Program-made: the position numbers and the translations under genes
Shown: in pieces, positions 19,318 to 29,666 of the stretch
How the letters are laid out: every line of letters starts with the position of its first letter
Numbering within the stretch: the stretch's first letter is position 1
Notes under the pieces: generated by a model
Database searches by the model: none
Seen by the model: the letters and a program-made list of their open reading frames with translations, nothing else
What the model was told of the DNA's origin: nothing
Source of the DNA: Candidatus Bathyarchaeota archaeon
GTDB lineage: Archaea; Thermoproteota; Bathyarchaeia; 40CM-2-53-6
DNA: 64,000 nucleotides
NCBI GenBank assembly: GCA_963833125.1
Contig: CAWHWX010000028.1
Span: 64,001-128,000 of the forward strand
Direction: 5' to 3'

Positions 19318-20880
19318 TTACAAGGGAGGGTTGCCGTGTTTTCTAGGTAGATGGGATTCTCGTTTGTCGAGAGTAACCTCAAGTGCGTGAATGAGCCGGG
19401 GCCGGGTTTCTCGTGGTTCTATCACGTCGTCGACGTAGCCCCTACCAGCCGCAACGTACGGATTAGCGAACTTCTTACGGTAGTCCTCCACAAAGGCGCT
19501 CATCGTTTTCGGATCGCTTTTGTCGGCAAGCTGCTTTCTGTAAATAATTTTAATCGCACCCTCGGGACCCATGACTGCAATTTCAGCAGAGGGCCAAGCG
19601 AAGTTGAAATCCGCTCGAATATGTTTGCTTCCAAGCACATCGTAGGCGCCTCCATACGCCTTTCGCACTATTACCGTCAATTTTGGCACCGTTGCTTCAC
19701 AATATGCATACAGGAGCTTCGAACCATTCTTGATGATTCCTGAATGCTCCTGGTCAACGCCAGGTAAGAATCCCGGTACGTCAACGAAGGTTATGACTGG
19801 AATGTTGAACGCATCACAGAATCTGATGAACCTCGCAGCTTTCACCGATGAGTTGTTGTCGAGTGCGCCCGCATAATGCTTTGGTTGATTTGCAACTACG
19901 CCAATACTATGCCCGTCTAGGCGTCCAAATCCGATTATGATATTGGGAGCCCATTGAGGCTGGACTTCAAGAAAACTTCCCAAGTCTAGGATTCGCTGGA
20001 TTATCTCCTTCATGTCATAGGCGCGGTCTCGATCGGATGGGATGATTGAACCAAGCTCTTTGTCCATGCGGTTTCGATCATCACCAGTCTTGACAATCGG
20101 TGGATCCTCTAAGTTGTTCTGCGGCAAATATGAAAGGACTGCTTTGATGAGTTGAAGCGCGGCCGGCTCATCGGATGCGAAGAAATGTGCGACGCCAGAA
20201 ATTTGGCTATGTACATGTGCTCCACCAAGCGTCTCGAATGTAACGTCTTCCTCAAGCACCGATTTGACGACGTCTGGTCCAGTAACGAACATGTAGCTCG
20301 TTTTGTCTACCATGATTACGAAATCTGTTAGAGCAGGTGAGTAGACAGCCCCGCCCGCGCACGGACCCATTATCGCTGAAATTTGTGGAACAACTCCGCT
20401 AGCGAGAACGTTGCGATAGAATACCTCAGCAAAACCCCCAAGGCTAACCACTCCTTCTTGGATTCGAGCGCCCCCCGAATCGTTCAGTCCGATTAACGGT
20501 GTACCGGTTTTCATTGCCAGATCCATTATCTTGCACATTTTCATTGCAAAGGTCTCTCCCAGAGATCCGCCAAAGACTGTGAAGTCGTGGGCGAAGACGA
20601 ATACCGGTCTACCATCGACCATGCCATGTCCGGTTACGACGCCGTCTCCTAGAATCCTGCGGTCCTCCGGATACGACTCAAGGTTCTGCGACAGTGCGAA
20701 CCTATCTAGTTCAACGAAACTCCCCTCGTCCAGGAGTAAGTTAATCCTCTCGCGTGCTGTTAGTTTTCCCCTCTTATGTTGCTCATCGATCCGATCCTTT
20801 CCGCCCCCTAGCAGAGCTTTCTCGGCAAGTTCGCGCAACATGTCACCGTTCTTCTGAGTGCCTGAATCCAATGTTTTCAA
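19318..20880 (-). CDS. pccB: Acyl-CoA (propionyl-CoA-type) carboxylase, carboxyltransferase subunit
   Basis: GKLTARER, DSGGARIQEG, GPCAGGAVYSPA, DVPGFLPG, RKAYGGA, KHGNPPL. Confidence 0.93.
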   Translation of the reverse strand: MKTLDSGTQKNGDMLRELAEKALLGGGKDRIDEQHKRGKLTARERINLLLDEGSFVELDRFALSQNLESYPEDRRILGDGVVTGHGMVDGRPVFVFAHDFTVFGGSLGETFAMKMCKIMDLAMKTGTPLIGLNDSGGARIQEGVVSLGGFAEVFYRNVLASGVVPQISAIMGPCAGGAVYSPALTDFVIMVDKTSYMFVTGPDVVKSVLEEDVTFETLGGAHVHSQISGVAHFFASDEPAALQLIKAVLSYLPQNNLEDPPIVKTGDDRNRMDKELGSIIPSDRDRAYDMKEIIQRILDLGSFLEVQPQWAPNIIIGFGRLDGHSIGVVANQPKHYAGALDNNSSVKAARFIRFCDAFNIPVITFVDVPGFLPGVDQEHSGIIKNGSKLLYAYCEATVPKLTVIVRKAYGGAYDVLGSKHIRADFNFAWPSAEIAVMGPEGAIKIIYRKQLADKSDPKTMSAFVEDYRKKFANPYVAAGRGYVDDVIEPRETRPRLIHALEVTLDKRESHLPRKHGNPPL

Positions 20881-20968
20881 AGTCTTTCAGCCAAACCCGT
20901 AGATGTGAAATCTGGTACTCCCGACGTCATGGCTTATTAGCCTGTGGCAAGGCGGTTGTATATTCGGT

Positions 20969-21782
20969 TTAGTTGCTTTGATATTCAACAGACAAGAGTG
21001 CGATGGTATCAATAGACTGTGCTCCCTGCGGGGTAAGGATGCGCACGCGCCCGAGAGTCTCGTAGTCGTCAACCACCCCTACAAACTCGCGATTCTCAAG
21101 CTTCACCGTAACGTTTCTCCCTCGCGAGCACTCCAACTCTCTGACCATTGCGACAATCTGCTCAACCATGCCTGCGCATAACGCTTCGTACAGATGCTCC
21201 AATTCCAAAAGGACCTTGCAAATCAAGGCCTCTCGGTCGATCGGTGCCCCATGGAGGGACTGAAGGGTAGCTGCATTAATGGACGCGCCGATCTCGTCTT
21301 CGCTAAAATTCGCAGTTTATGCCCAATCCTAGAATTACGTATGCTAATTCGTTTCCCTTGGATTTTGCCTCGGCCAAGATACCAGCGACCTTTCGGTTAT
21401 CCACCACTACATCATTCGGCCATCGGACGCACGCTTTGAGTCTTAACTGCGACCCAACCGCTTCCGCAATTGCGAGTGCACCTAACAAGGGAAGTGAATC
21501 TAGGAAGGATTGGTGACCTCCAGGTCTAAGCAAGATGCTTAACCAGATTCCTCCGACTGGAGAAACCCAAGATTTACCCAAACGTCCCCGACCAACGGAT
21601 TGCGTTTCGGATATCGACACGAAACCATGAGGCGCCCCCATCTCTGCAGAGCGCTTGACTATATCGTTCGTAGAGGTGCATTCGCTCGTGATTGAAAGCT
21701 TTCTTCCCAGATGACGAGTTTGCAGGTTCTGGTTTATGATCCGTTCATCAACGTAATTGTGAGCTTCATGTGTGGCTGCCAA
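20969..21782 (-). CDS. birA: Biotin-[acetyl-CoA carboxylase] ligase (frameshift near 21314)
   Basis: STND, ETQSVGRGRLGKSWVSP, RWPND, KVAGIL, GLGIN; C-terminal part in ORF 20969..21226. Confidence 0.9.
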
Positions 21783-21976
21783 AATGGGTTCTCAGCCGAT
21801 CCAGATTGGTTCGTTCTCTAATAATCGTGGTTTCGGCTATGTACTCCGGCCTGAGATGTGTTGGCGTAAAAGCCGAGGTTTGATGGTAAGTGTATTGGCA
21901 TGGTTCTGCACATCTGGATTCCCACGGCAGCTCAAATGCTTTATTCTACCGCCGTTAGTGTTGTTTCTGAGCTAAA

Positions 21977-22726
21977 ATGCAGAAATCCGGAGGTCGTACT
22001 CCTACCGGCGTCACTGGACTTGACGAGATCCTCGCAGGCGGTTTTCCCCAGGGTAGAGTTTTGTTAGTACTTGGTGAACCGGGGGCAGGGAAGTCAATAT
22101 TCTGTGCGCAGTTTCTCTATAACGGAATAACTAAGTTCGGGGAAAATGGCCTGCTGGTTAGTATGGAAGAGAATAAAGTCCACTGGGATTGGGAGATGAA
22201 CCAGTTCGGCTGGAACTTTAGTCCCCTTGAGAAACAGAGTAAGTTCTCCTTCGTTGATGCTTCCCCAATTCGTGCAATCCCTGGCGAAGTGAAAATTGGC
22301 AAGTTAACTATCGGGCGCCAAGATTTCTCATTACTAAGCCTCCTCGAACTCATACGCAACAACGCGAAATCAATAGATGCGAAAAGGATCGTAGTTGACC
22401 CAGTCTCTCTGTTAATCTTTCAATACCCAGACGAAACCCAACGCCGAAAAGCCCTACTGGATCTAGTTGAGGCTATGACCGAAACCGGCGCCACTTGCAT
22501 CCTATCCTCCGAACTACGCCGAGTTGGTTTGAAGGGCCGCACCTTGCAAACAGAAGAATACCTAGTGCACGGCGTGGTCCTCATGCAGACCATAGCCGCC
22601 GGGAGGACCATGGAACGCACAATCCAAGTCGAGAAGATGCGAGGGACCCAGATTGATCGACAGCCTAGACCTTACAGGATTACTGAGAAAGGAATCGAAG
22701 TATACCCGAGAGAAAGCGTGATCTAG
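21977..22726 (+). CDS. KaiC/RAD55-like single-domain RecA-superfamily ATPase
   Basis: TGVTGLDEILAGGFP, GEPGAGKS, SMEE, VVDP, EKMRGT. Confidence 0.9.
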   Translation: MQKSGGRTPTGVTGLDEILAGGFPQGRVLLVLGEPGAGKSIFCAQFLYNGITKFGENGLLVSMEENKVHWDWEMNQFGWNFSPLEKQSKFSFVDASPIRAIPGEVKIGKLTIGRQDFSLLSLLELIRNNAKSIDAKRIVVDPVSLLIFQYPDETQRRKALLDLVEAMTETGATCILSSELRRVGLKGRTLQTEEYLVHGVVLMQTIAAGRTMERTIQVEKMRGTQIDRQPRPYRITEKGIEVYPRESVI

Positions 22727-22756
22727 GCGGCGTTACCTAGAAAGATTACCGAAAAT

Positions 22757-23077
22757 TCACTTTTTCGATCTTCTTCTGCTGCTAGTAGATCGGCCTCGGC
22801 GAGTACTAGCAGAATTGGTTGACATTTCAGACGGGGTAGTCTGAGCGGGCTCGGGTTCAAGAGGGGCTGGTGGGGGAGTAGTAAGCATAGTCCAACCTAT
22901 CCACCCGGAAATTACAAGAACTAGGAGTACGAAGAGCAGGACGGGAATTCCAACGGCCAAATTCTGCCACTCTTGTGGTAAACCAATGAACGGCGCGAAA
23001 AAGGCTACCAAGTAAACGATAGCGACGACGATTGAGATTAAGAAGATTACAAAGCCATAACTTTGGTCTTTGCTCAT
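22757..23077 (-). CDS. Small two-TM membrane protein of unknown function
   Basis: Two hydrophobic helices followed by WIGWTMLTTPPPAP; co-directional with thrS. Confidence 0.75.
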   Translation of the reverse strand: MSKDQSYGFVIFLISIVVAIVYLVAFFAPFIGLPQEWQNLAVGIPVLLFVLLVLVISGWIGWTMLTTPPPAPLEPEPAQTTPSEMSTNSASTRRGRSTSSRRRSKK

Positions 23078-23157
23078 CAGGCGTTCACGATCTCATCGCG
23101 AATACTTACTGAACCGAATATAAGCTTTCAGAAAATGAGGGGAGATTTTTCGAAGCA

Positions 23158-25005
23158 TTAGCCAATCTGCTTGTAACCAGGCCTCTGGCTGACCAGGACG
23201 GGCAGCTTCAACGGCATTGAAGGGTAGCCTTTCGTAGCTATGGCTACGTCCTCGGCTAGCTCACGCACTGTAGAGTTGTATTGTTTGCCGTCCGTCCGCC
23301 TCCGAACAGCGACGACGTTTCCTTCGACCTCTCGCTTACCGACCACCGCGATGTAGGGTATCCAGTTCAATTCGGCGTCCCTCACGCGTTTGTCGACGCT
23401 TTCGTCACGGTCATCAACATCGGCCCTAACATTTTGAGCCGCTAGTTGACTTGCCGTTTTGGTCGCAAACTCCACAAACTCTGGTCGTAGTGGGATGACT
23501 CGTACCTGGCTGGGTGACAACCACAATGGAAGGCTAGGCTTCTCATGTCTAGCTTCCGTTCTTGCGCATTGGTCGAGTACAGTGAATAGATAGCGTTCTA
23601 CTGAGCCGATAACGGCGGTGTGAATTATTGGCGGGAGCTCTTTCTCACTTCGTTCATTGACGTATGATATCCCGAAACGTTTGGCGTTGCCAATGTCAAT
23701 TTGAAAAGTAGCGATCTCCCTCGGCCGTTCAAGCTCGTCTATGATGTGGTACTCAATGTTCAGTACCCAATAGTAGATCCCTTCCGGTACGAAGTTGAGC
23801 AGTGCAGGCTTTCCTTCTCGTTTTACTAGCTTCATAACGTAGTCTTTGTTCGCGTCGAGAAAGCTCGATGTAATATTGTATACGGATACGTAATCTCTCC
23901 CGAGTTTCCCTATCTCTTGGTAGATTACTTCGTGGAGTTTGAGCGTCACGTCCATGGCTTCTTTGAGGTTCTTGCAGTAGATGTGGCAGTCAGGCATATG
24001 CAATTTCCTTACTCGGAATGACAGGAGAAGCTCTCCGCTCTGTTCGAGACGGTAAGCGTCCGCGACTTCGAACGTACCGAAAGGAAGATGCCGATAACTC
24101 AATGACCAGTTTCGTACTGCCGAGAACTGCTGATGACACGCCGCGTAGCGCATGACCAGGCTCTTGTTTTCAGCCTCAAGCCTGTAGAGTCTAGACCCGA
24201 AAAGATCGGCATGCTCCTTAACTGCGGGGACGGAGAGGTCGAACATGTTTGTTCCCTTAACCTGTAGGATTGGGAGCCCAACAGCATTTACCGCATCCCA
24301 CGAATATTGACTGATGAGGTCGAAGATCATTACGCCCTCAGGGCCATAGCGCATGTGGCCGTGGTCTGAGAAGTTCTCCCACTCGATACCAAATTTCTTG
24401 CAGTATTCAAGATACTTTGGTGTTCCACCTGGCAGGCCTTTCTTTAATGCCTCTTTTTCGACTAAGGTCTTGAAGTCCTCTTCTCCCTTTTTGAACGAAT
24501 ATTCTTCAGGCTCGTACAATTGCCCATTGAGGTCCAACACTTTGTAGTAGGTTTTGACGGGGGGCGCTTCAACCTTTGTTGCCCCAGGTCGGATTGTTCT
24601 GGATAATTCTGAAAGAGGATGTCCGATGCAGCTGAGACTGAAACTCTTGTAATAGCCGAAAGGGCTTCGGTATACCGCTAAATTTTGGCTCTTCAGAGCT
24701 TCCAATGACTCTTGGAGAACTCGAACAGCAAGGGCTGGTGGTGCTAAGCTGCTGGACAGGTGGGCGTAAGGATACAGGAGGACTTGATTCACTTTAACCG
24801 AGCGAGCAACCTCGACGATTGACTCACATGCCTTCTGAATAACCTCGCCGGGATTAGATTCGTCCTCCTTCTCGACTGTGCAGAAGGCGACCAAGATATT
24901 CTGAAACTTGCCCGTTCTGTTATCTCCAAGAGTTTCAGGGTTTTTGATCGCTTCCTTCCGTACCTCGTACTCGAAACTGTCACAATGCAGCAGCAATAGA
25001 CGCAT
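23158..25005 (-). CDS. thrS: Threonine-tRNA ligase, archaeal type with N-terminal editing domain
   Basis: MRLLLLHCD, YPYAHLSS, SPFGYYKSF, GHPLSELSR, RYAACHQQF, IHTAVIGSVER, and a C-terminal anticodon-binding domain. Confidence 0.96.
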   Translation of the reverse strand: MRLLLLHCDSFEYEVRKEAIKNPETLGDNRTGKFQNILVAFCTVEKEDESNPGEVIQKACESIVEVARSVKVNQVLLYPYAHLSSSLAPPALAVRVLQESLEALKSQNLAVYRSPFGYYKSFSLSCIGHPLSELSRTIRPGATKVEAPPVKTYYKVLDLNGQLYEPEEYSFKKGEEDFKTLVEKEALKKGLPGGTPKYLEYCKKFGIEWENFSDHGHMRYGPEGVMIFDLISQYSWDAVNAVGLPILQVKGTNMFDLSVPAVKEHADLFGSRLYRLEAENKSLVMRYAACHQQFSAVRNWSLSYRHLPFGTFEVADAYRLEQSGELLLSFRVRKLHMPDCHIYCKNLKEAMDVTLKLHEVIYQEIGKLGRDYVSVYNITSSFLDANKDYVMKLVKREGKPALLNFVPEGIYYWVLNIEYHIIDELERPREIATFQIDIGNAKRFGISYVNERSEKELPPIIHTAVIGSVERYLFTVLDQCARTEARHEKPSLPLWLSPSQVRVIPLRPEFVEFATKTASQLAAQNVRADVDDRDESVDKRVRDAELNWIPYIAVVGKREVEGNVVAVRRRTDGKQYNSTVRELAEDVAIATKGYPSMPLKLPVLVSQRPGYKQIG

Positions 25006-25029
25006 ATCGTGGGTCGCTCCAAATCTCGA

Positions 25030-25236
25030 CTAAACAGAGAATCTCCATTTGTCAAGCTGTCTGTCTTTGCGAGTTAACTTCTTGAATTCACGGTAGTGTG
25101 GCTTACAGAGGTATGCTCTGCGAGCATTACCGGTATTGAGTCCACTGTGAGCTACCTTATCTGGAGAGATCGACCGAATCGCGGCAGCGGTGCAACCTAC
25201 AACGCTACAGTGTTGGCCCTTTGCGATTTTGCCCAT
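25030..25236 (-). CDS. Small basic protein with CxxxxC...CxxH putative zinc site
   Basis: CSVVGC...YLCKPHY; immediately upstream of thrS in the same orientation. Confidence 0.75.
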   Translation of the reverse strand: MGKIAKGQHCSVVGCTAAAIRSISPDKVAHSGLNTGNARRAYLCKPHYREFKKLTRKDRQLDKWRFSV

Positions 25237-25320
25237 GGAAACCGCGCTTAGGAAGCTGGAGGTGCCTGAAAAACTTCGTTTCGAAGCCTGTGAGGTGAGT
25301 AAAGTGAATGCTAGGGCTTG

Positions 25321-25872
25321 TTAGTTGCTCTGCCGCCGCTTGTGTCTGTTCATGATTAGTGCTGTGGAACAGAAGACAACGACGATGCCAACAACTAATC
25401 CGGATGGGAATTCTGGGATGGCGGCGGGGGGACCCACTTGGATCGATGCATTACCTACGGTCTGGTAGTCGAGTAAATAGGAGCCTCCAGTACCACCGGC
25501 CCGGATAACATAGACATCAATGCCCACATGCCAAGTGCCGTTGTTTCCAGGTGTCGTGGGCATGTTCTCAGCAGTAACTGTGAAATTCGTCGCGTTGTAA
25601 CCAATTGGGGTGCTGTTTGACGATACGATCGATCCCGAAGGAGTGTCAACCAGGTCTACCCTAACCGAATAATAGTCCTCGCCATTCGACACGCACGAGC
25701 CAGTTACCATCGTAGTTACGAGAATCCGCTGATTTGTCGCTGCTTGCTGAGGATATTCGTACGATACGTTGCTGACCTGGCAACGAGCAGCGAATACACT
25801 AGTGTTGGAAAGGAAGAGGGTCAAAGCTACAAGCAGCAGCAAGACCGCGTATGAAATGCGCCGAGTGGGCAT
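25321..25872 (-). CDS. Secreted protein with PEF-CTERM-like sorting signal
   Basis: Signal peptide; C-terminal IPEFP, TM helix and basic tail (RHKRR). Confidence 0.8.
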   Translation of the reverse strand: MPTRRISYAVLLLLVALTLFLSNTSVFAARCQVSNVSYEYPQQAATNQRILVTTMVTGSCVSNGEDYYSVRVDLVDTPSGSIVSSNSTPIGYNATNFTVTAENMPTTPGNNGTWHVGIDVYVIRAGGTGGSYLLDYQTVGNASIQVGPPAAIPEFPSGLVVGIVVVFCSTALIMNRHKRRQSN

Positions 25873-26015
25873 TGTACAACCCTTCCGCTATTTTTCTGCA
25901 TTCGGGTATATGTATTACGCTACAACCCGACCGGCCATATTCATGCAATGAGCGATGGTTGCCCGAATCGGCGGCTGATCGATTCGACACCCATGTCACG
26001 AAATGCCCTTAAACG

Positions 26016-26642
26016 ATGTATACCATTCAGCGTTTGCTGGTAAGATTGCTAGGCAAATTCCGCGCTAAGTACGAAGCGGTAATGCTACCGATTGGAAGAA
26101 AACTAGGAAAGCTCGGCGTAACACCGAACGCAATATCTACACTGAGCCTGCTCATTGCCGTCGTAGCTGCCATCGAATACGCTTCCAAGTCGCCAGTGTT
26201 GGGAGCCGTAAGTCTGTTGGTTTCAGGCATCGTCGACATGCTGGACGGATCGGTAGCTAGGGCAACAGGGTTGGTAACTAGGTTTGGAGCAGTCTATGAT
26301 CCGGTGCTCGATAGGTATGCGGAGTTCGCCATTCTGTTCGGGATGGGTTATGGTGGATTGGTGAGTTGGGTTTGGATTATCTTCAGTCTATTTGGAATGG
26401 TTATGGCCAGTTACGTCAGGGCGAGGGCTGAGTCAGCGGGGGGACTGGAGAAGTGCAGTGTAGGAATAGCTGAACGCCAGGAGAAGCTCATTCTGCTTTT
26501 GATCGGCTCGTTAGTTCAACCATTCTTTAATTTAGCCTTGACAATATCGGTCATAATAGTTGGAATCCTATCACACGTAACAGCAGCACAAAGACTCCAT
26601 TTTACGTTCAAGCAAACAGAAGGAAGAAAAGTAAATGTTTGA
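26016..26642 (+). CDS. CDP-alcohol phosphatidyltransferase (archaetidylinositol-phosphate synthase-like)
   Basis: TPNAIS and DMLDGSVAR..GAVYDPVLDRYAE motifs, SYVRARAE. Confidence 0.92.
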   Translation: MYTIQRLLVRLLGKFRAKYEAVMLPIGRKLGKLGVTPNAISTLSLLIAVVAAIEYASKSPVLGAVSLLVSGIVDMLDGSVARATGLVTRFGAVYDPVLDRYAEFAILFGMGYGGLVSWVWIIFSLFGMVMASYVRARAESAGGLEKCSVGIAERQEKLILLLIGSLVQPFFNLALTISVIIVGILSHVTAAQRLHFTFKQTEGRKVNV

Positions 26643-27561
26643 TTTGGTAGGAATTGGAAATCCGGTCTACGATAGCATAATCACGCCACTCTCCAAAACC
26701 AACGGAAGAGTTCTCTCAGGATGCAGCACGAACGCATGCCTCGCCTCGAAGCGACTAGGTTTGGCCAAAGTTGGGTTGATCGGATCAGTAGGCCACGATT
26801 ATGGGAATAAATTCCGAGAGGACATGCGAAAGTATGGCATTGAGGCACGAGTAGACGAGACTAGCAAGGAAACTGGAGGATTCCATCTCGTATACGACTC
26901 GCGTGGAGACAGAACCCTTGACGTGTTGGGAGTTGCCGCACCGATCACCAAGAAGAGCTTCAACGAAGAATTTCTTCAAAGTAAGTTCACTCTGATTGGA
27001 CCTATACTGGGCGAGGTCGACCTTCGACTAATCGAATTCCTTAGATCCTCAACATCGAGCCGCCTCTTCCTAGACCCCCAAGGACTAGTGCGGCGTATTG
27101 GATCAGACAAGCGTGTGATCCACGAATGCAATGATGAAGATTTCAGGAAGATCGCAAACCTAGTTGATTTCGTCAAACCCAATGAGCGAGAGAGCGAAAC
27201 AATAACCAAAGAGGCCGACCCGCTCGTAGCTATACAGCGACTCTCACAGATGGGCGTGCGTGTTCCGATAGTTACGCTTGCGGAACGAGGTTCGTTGCTG
27301 CTTGATGGTACTAGGTTGCATCGGATACCGGCCTATCCTACCGAGGCCGTGGACCCAACTGGGGCGGGGGACGTCTACGGGGGATCATTCATAACAGAGT
27401 ACCAGCGATGCGGTGACCTAGTTGAAGCCGCTCTCTTCGCGTCCGCCGCCGCCTCATTTATGGTGGAACAAGTAGGGCCGGACTTTCGGTTGGTAAGGAA
27501 AGACGTTGAAGAACGGAGAGACGCAATCCGTGACCGGTTAGTCACGGAGACTTTGTCTTAA
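26635..27561 (+). CDS. PfkB-family carbohydrate kinase
   Basis: KPNERE, VTLAERGS, DPTGAGDVYGG. Confidence 0.9.
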   Translation: MFDLVGIGNPVYDSIITPLSKTNGRVLSGCSTNACLASKRLGLAKVGLIGSVGHDYGNKFREDMRKYGIEARVDETSKETGGFHLVYDSRGDRTLDVLGVAAPITKKSFNEEFLQSKFTLIGPILGEVDLRLIEFLRSSTSSRLFLDPQGLVRRIGSDKRVIHECNDEDFRKIANLVDFVKPNERESETITKEADPLVAIQRLSQMGVRVPIVTLAERGSLLLDGTRLHRIPAYPTEAVDPTGAGDVYGGSFITEYQRCGDLVEAALFASAAASFMVEQVGPDFRLVRKDVEERRDAIRDRLVTETLS

Positions 27562-27836
27562 TAGGAATAGTGTCGCTCGTCCTCGGATCTTACCTTGGAA
27601 AGCCCAAAGTGAACTGCGCAGGAGACGCAGTAAAATTTGATGACTTTTTGGCGTTGTATGTAGGTTCCGTGTGCTCTAAGTTCACGTGCCAAGGATGGTT
27701 CCACTAGGGAAACCCATTGCGTGGAACGCTTCGCCTTATCTCGGGGGACTGGTCTGCCACAGTTTGTGCACTGTATCATTACTCCTCGTCCCTTGCCGCC
27801 CTTACTGCGGCCGCGCGATTTCCGCTTCTTAGTCAA
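27558..27836 (-). CDS. rps26e: 30S ribosomal protein S26e
   Basis: KKRKSRGRSKG, CTNCGRPVPRDKA, YCVSCAVH. Confidence 0.96.
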   Translation of the reverse strand: MTKKRKSRGRSKGGKGRGVMIQCTNCGRPVPRDKAKRSTQWVSLVEPSLARELRAHGTYIQRQKVIKFYCVSCAVHFGLSKVRSEDERHYSY

Positions 27837-27899
27837 ACGCCATCTACTTGTGATAGCGCGATGGGGCGTGCTTAAACGTTGTTGTGGAAACCGAAGTTA

Positions 27900-29347
27900 C
27901 TAGTAGGACCTGGCGAAGTAAGCAACCTTTGTGGCAGGCTTTCCGCAATGTACGCACTTGGAGAAGGGCTCTTCATCTTTTAGTGGGAGCGTTCGTATGG
28001 TTGCGCCAGTGTCAGTTTGGATGGTTTCTTCACATTCAGTTGACCCACACCAGCACGCACGAATGAACCCACCCCGACCCTCTACTGTCTTCTTCAATTC
28101 TTCGTAGCTGGATACCGTGATTACTGATTCCTCAAGGGATTTCTTCGCCTTAGCGAAGAGGTTGGTTTGGATTTCCAGGAGGCATTTCTTGACCTGGTCA
28201 ACTAAGTCGCTGTCCTTTACCGTCAGCTTCTGGGCATTATCCCGTCTCACGAGTACTGACTGTTGGTTCTGAACGTCACGTGGACCGACTTCGACTGCGA
28301 AGCGGTACGCCTTTCATTTCCCACTCGTTGAACTTCCATCCAGGCGTGTATTGATTCGCGGAAATCTGTGTGCACTTCGATACCTTCTTTCTTTAGTGTT
28401 TCAGCAATCGTTCGAGCCTTCGCCGTGATCGCATCGCTTTGTTCTGCTTTGAAGTAGATGGGCACCAGAACCACTTGGATTGGCGCGATTTGGGGCGGTA
28501 TTACTAGCCCTTTGTCGTCGCCATGGAGCATTATCATGGCGCTGATTAGCCTCCAGGAAACTCCCCATGAAGCGGTCCACGCGTAATGTACCTGCTCATC
28601 CTTCCCGAGGTACTTAATTTCGAACGGCTTGGAGAAGTTTTGGCCTAGGTTGTGTGAGGTACCCATCTGGATCGCCTTCCCATCAGGCATCATTGCTTCT
28701 AGAGTAGTCGTGTAGAGTGCTCCCCGAAACTTTTCCTTCTCGCTCTTGTACCCTAACAGAACAGGTATAGCCATGGCGTCCTCGATGAGTTGACGGTAGA
28801 ATTCAAGAATCAGCATGACCTCCTTGTCGGCGTCCTCTTTCGTTGCATGAACCGTGTGGCCTTCCTGCCATAGAAATTCCGAGGTTCTGATGAACGGTCT
28901 AGTTGCAGTAATCTCCGAACGCAATACCGAGTTCCAGAGGTTGATCAGTACTGGAAGGTCCCGCCAGCTTCGAACCCACTTTGAATACGCATCGTTCACT
29001 ATAGTCTCGGATGTGGGTCGAACAGCAAGTCGTTCCGAAAGTGTGTTCTCTCCGGATTGCGTCACCCAGAAGACCTCCGGGGTGAAACCTTTGAAGTGAG
29101 TTGCTTCCTTCTGCAGATAACTCTCCGGGACCAGCAACGGGAAGTAGGCGTTCGAATGACCGGTTTCCTTCAGCTTTCGGTCGAGATGATCCTTGATCTT
29201 GTCCCAGATCGAATAGCCGTACGGTCGAAGGATTATGAAGCCTTTTACAGGGCCGTAGTCTGCCAGCTCAGCTTTGGTTACTGCCTGGGTATACCATTCG
29301 GATAGGTCGGCGGCTTTCTTTGCAGTAATGCCAATTTCTTTGCTCAA
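27900..29347 (-). CDS. proS: Proline-tRNA ligase, archaeal/eukaryotic type (two 1-nt insertions near 28296 and 28354)
   Basis: SEWYT, RPTSET, EFLWQEGHT, GTSHNLGQNF; restored YTPGWKFNEWEMKGVP; C-terminal FARSY. Confidence 0.95.
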
Positions 29348-29666
29348 TACACGGCCTCCTTCGAGAATTTGCGCAATTGCCTTTCTAGTTGACTTTGCTT
29401 ACTGTTGTGGAACTAAAACACCGGAAACTTCCATGTCAGCCACTAACTCTCAGTTATCTTCCCAAATATGGTGGTTGATATTTAGTGTTTACCTGAATCG
29501 ACGATATATCAAACTTCTGAGTCGAGAGTGAACTATCTACAAATTGCGGTTATGCCTCGTGCGAGACGTGGACCTCACTCCTCGATCCTTGTAACCACAC
29601 TCCAGGTCGTGTGTGTTAGAACTAAGGCCTTTATTGTTCAACTGGCAAGGTCGTTTCGGTCGTTCT

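Noticed and set aside
9972-29347. Frameshifts in the thiolases, BCCP, biotin carboxylase, birA and proS as further introns, programmed frameshifts or pseudogenes
   Set aside because: Each is fixed by a 1-2 nt indel, leaving no intron-sized insertion, and they hit essential genes such as proS. This fits long-read error.
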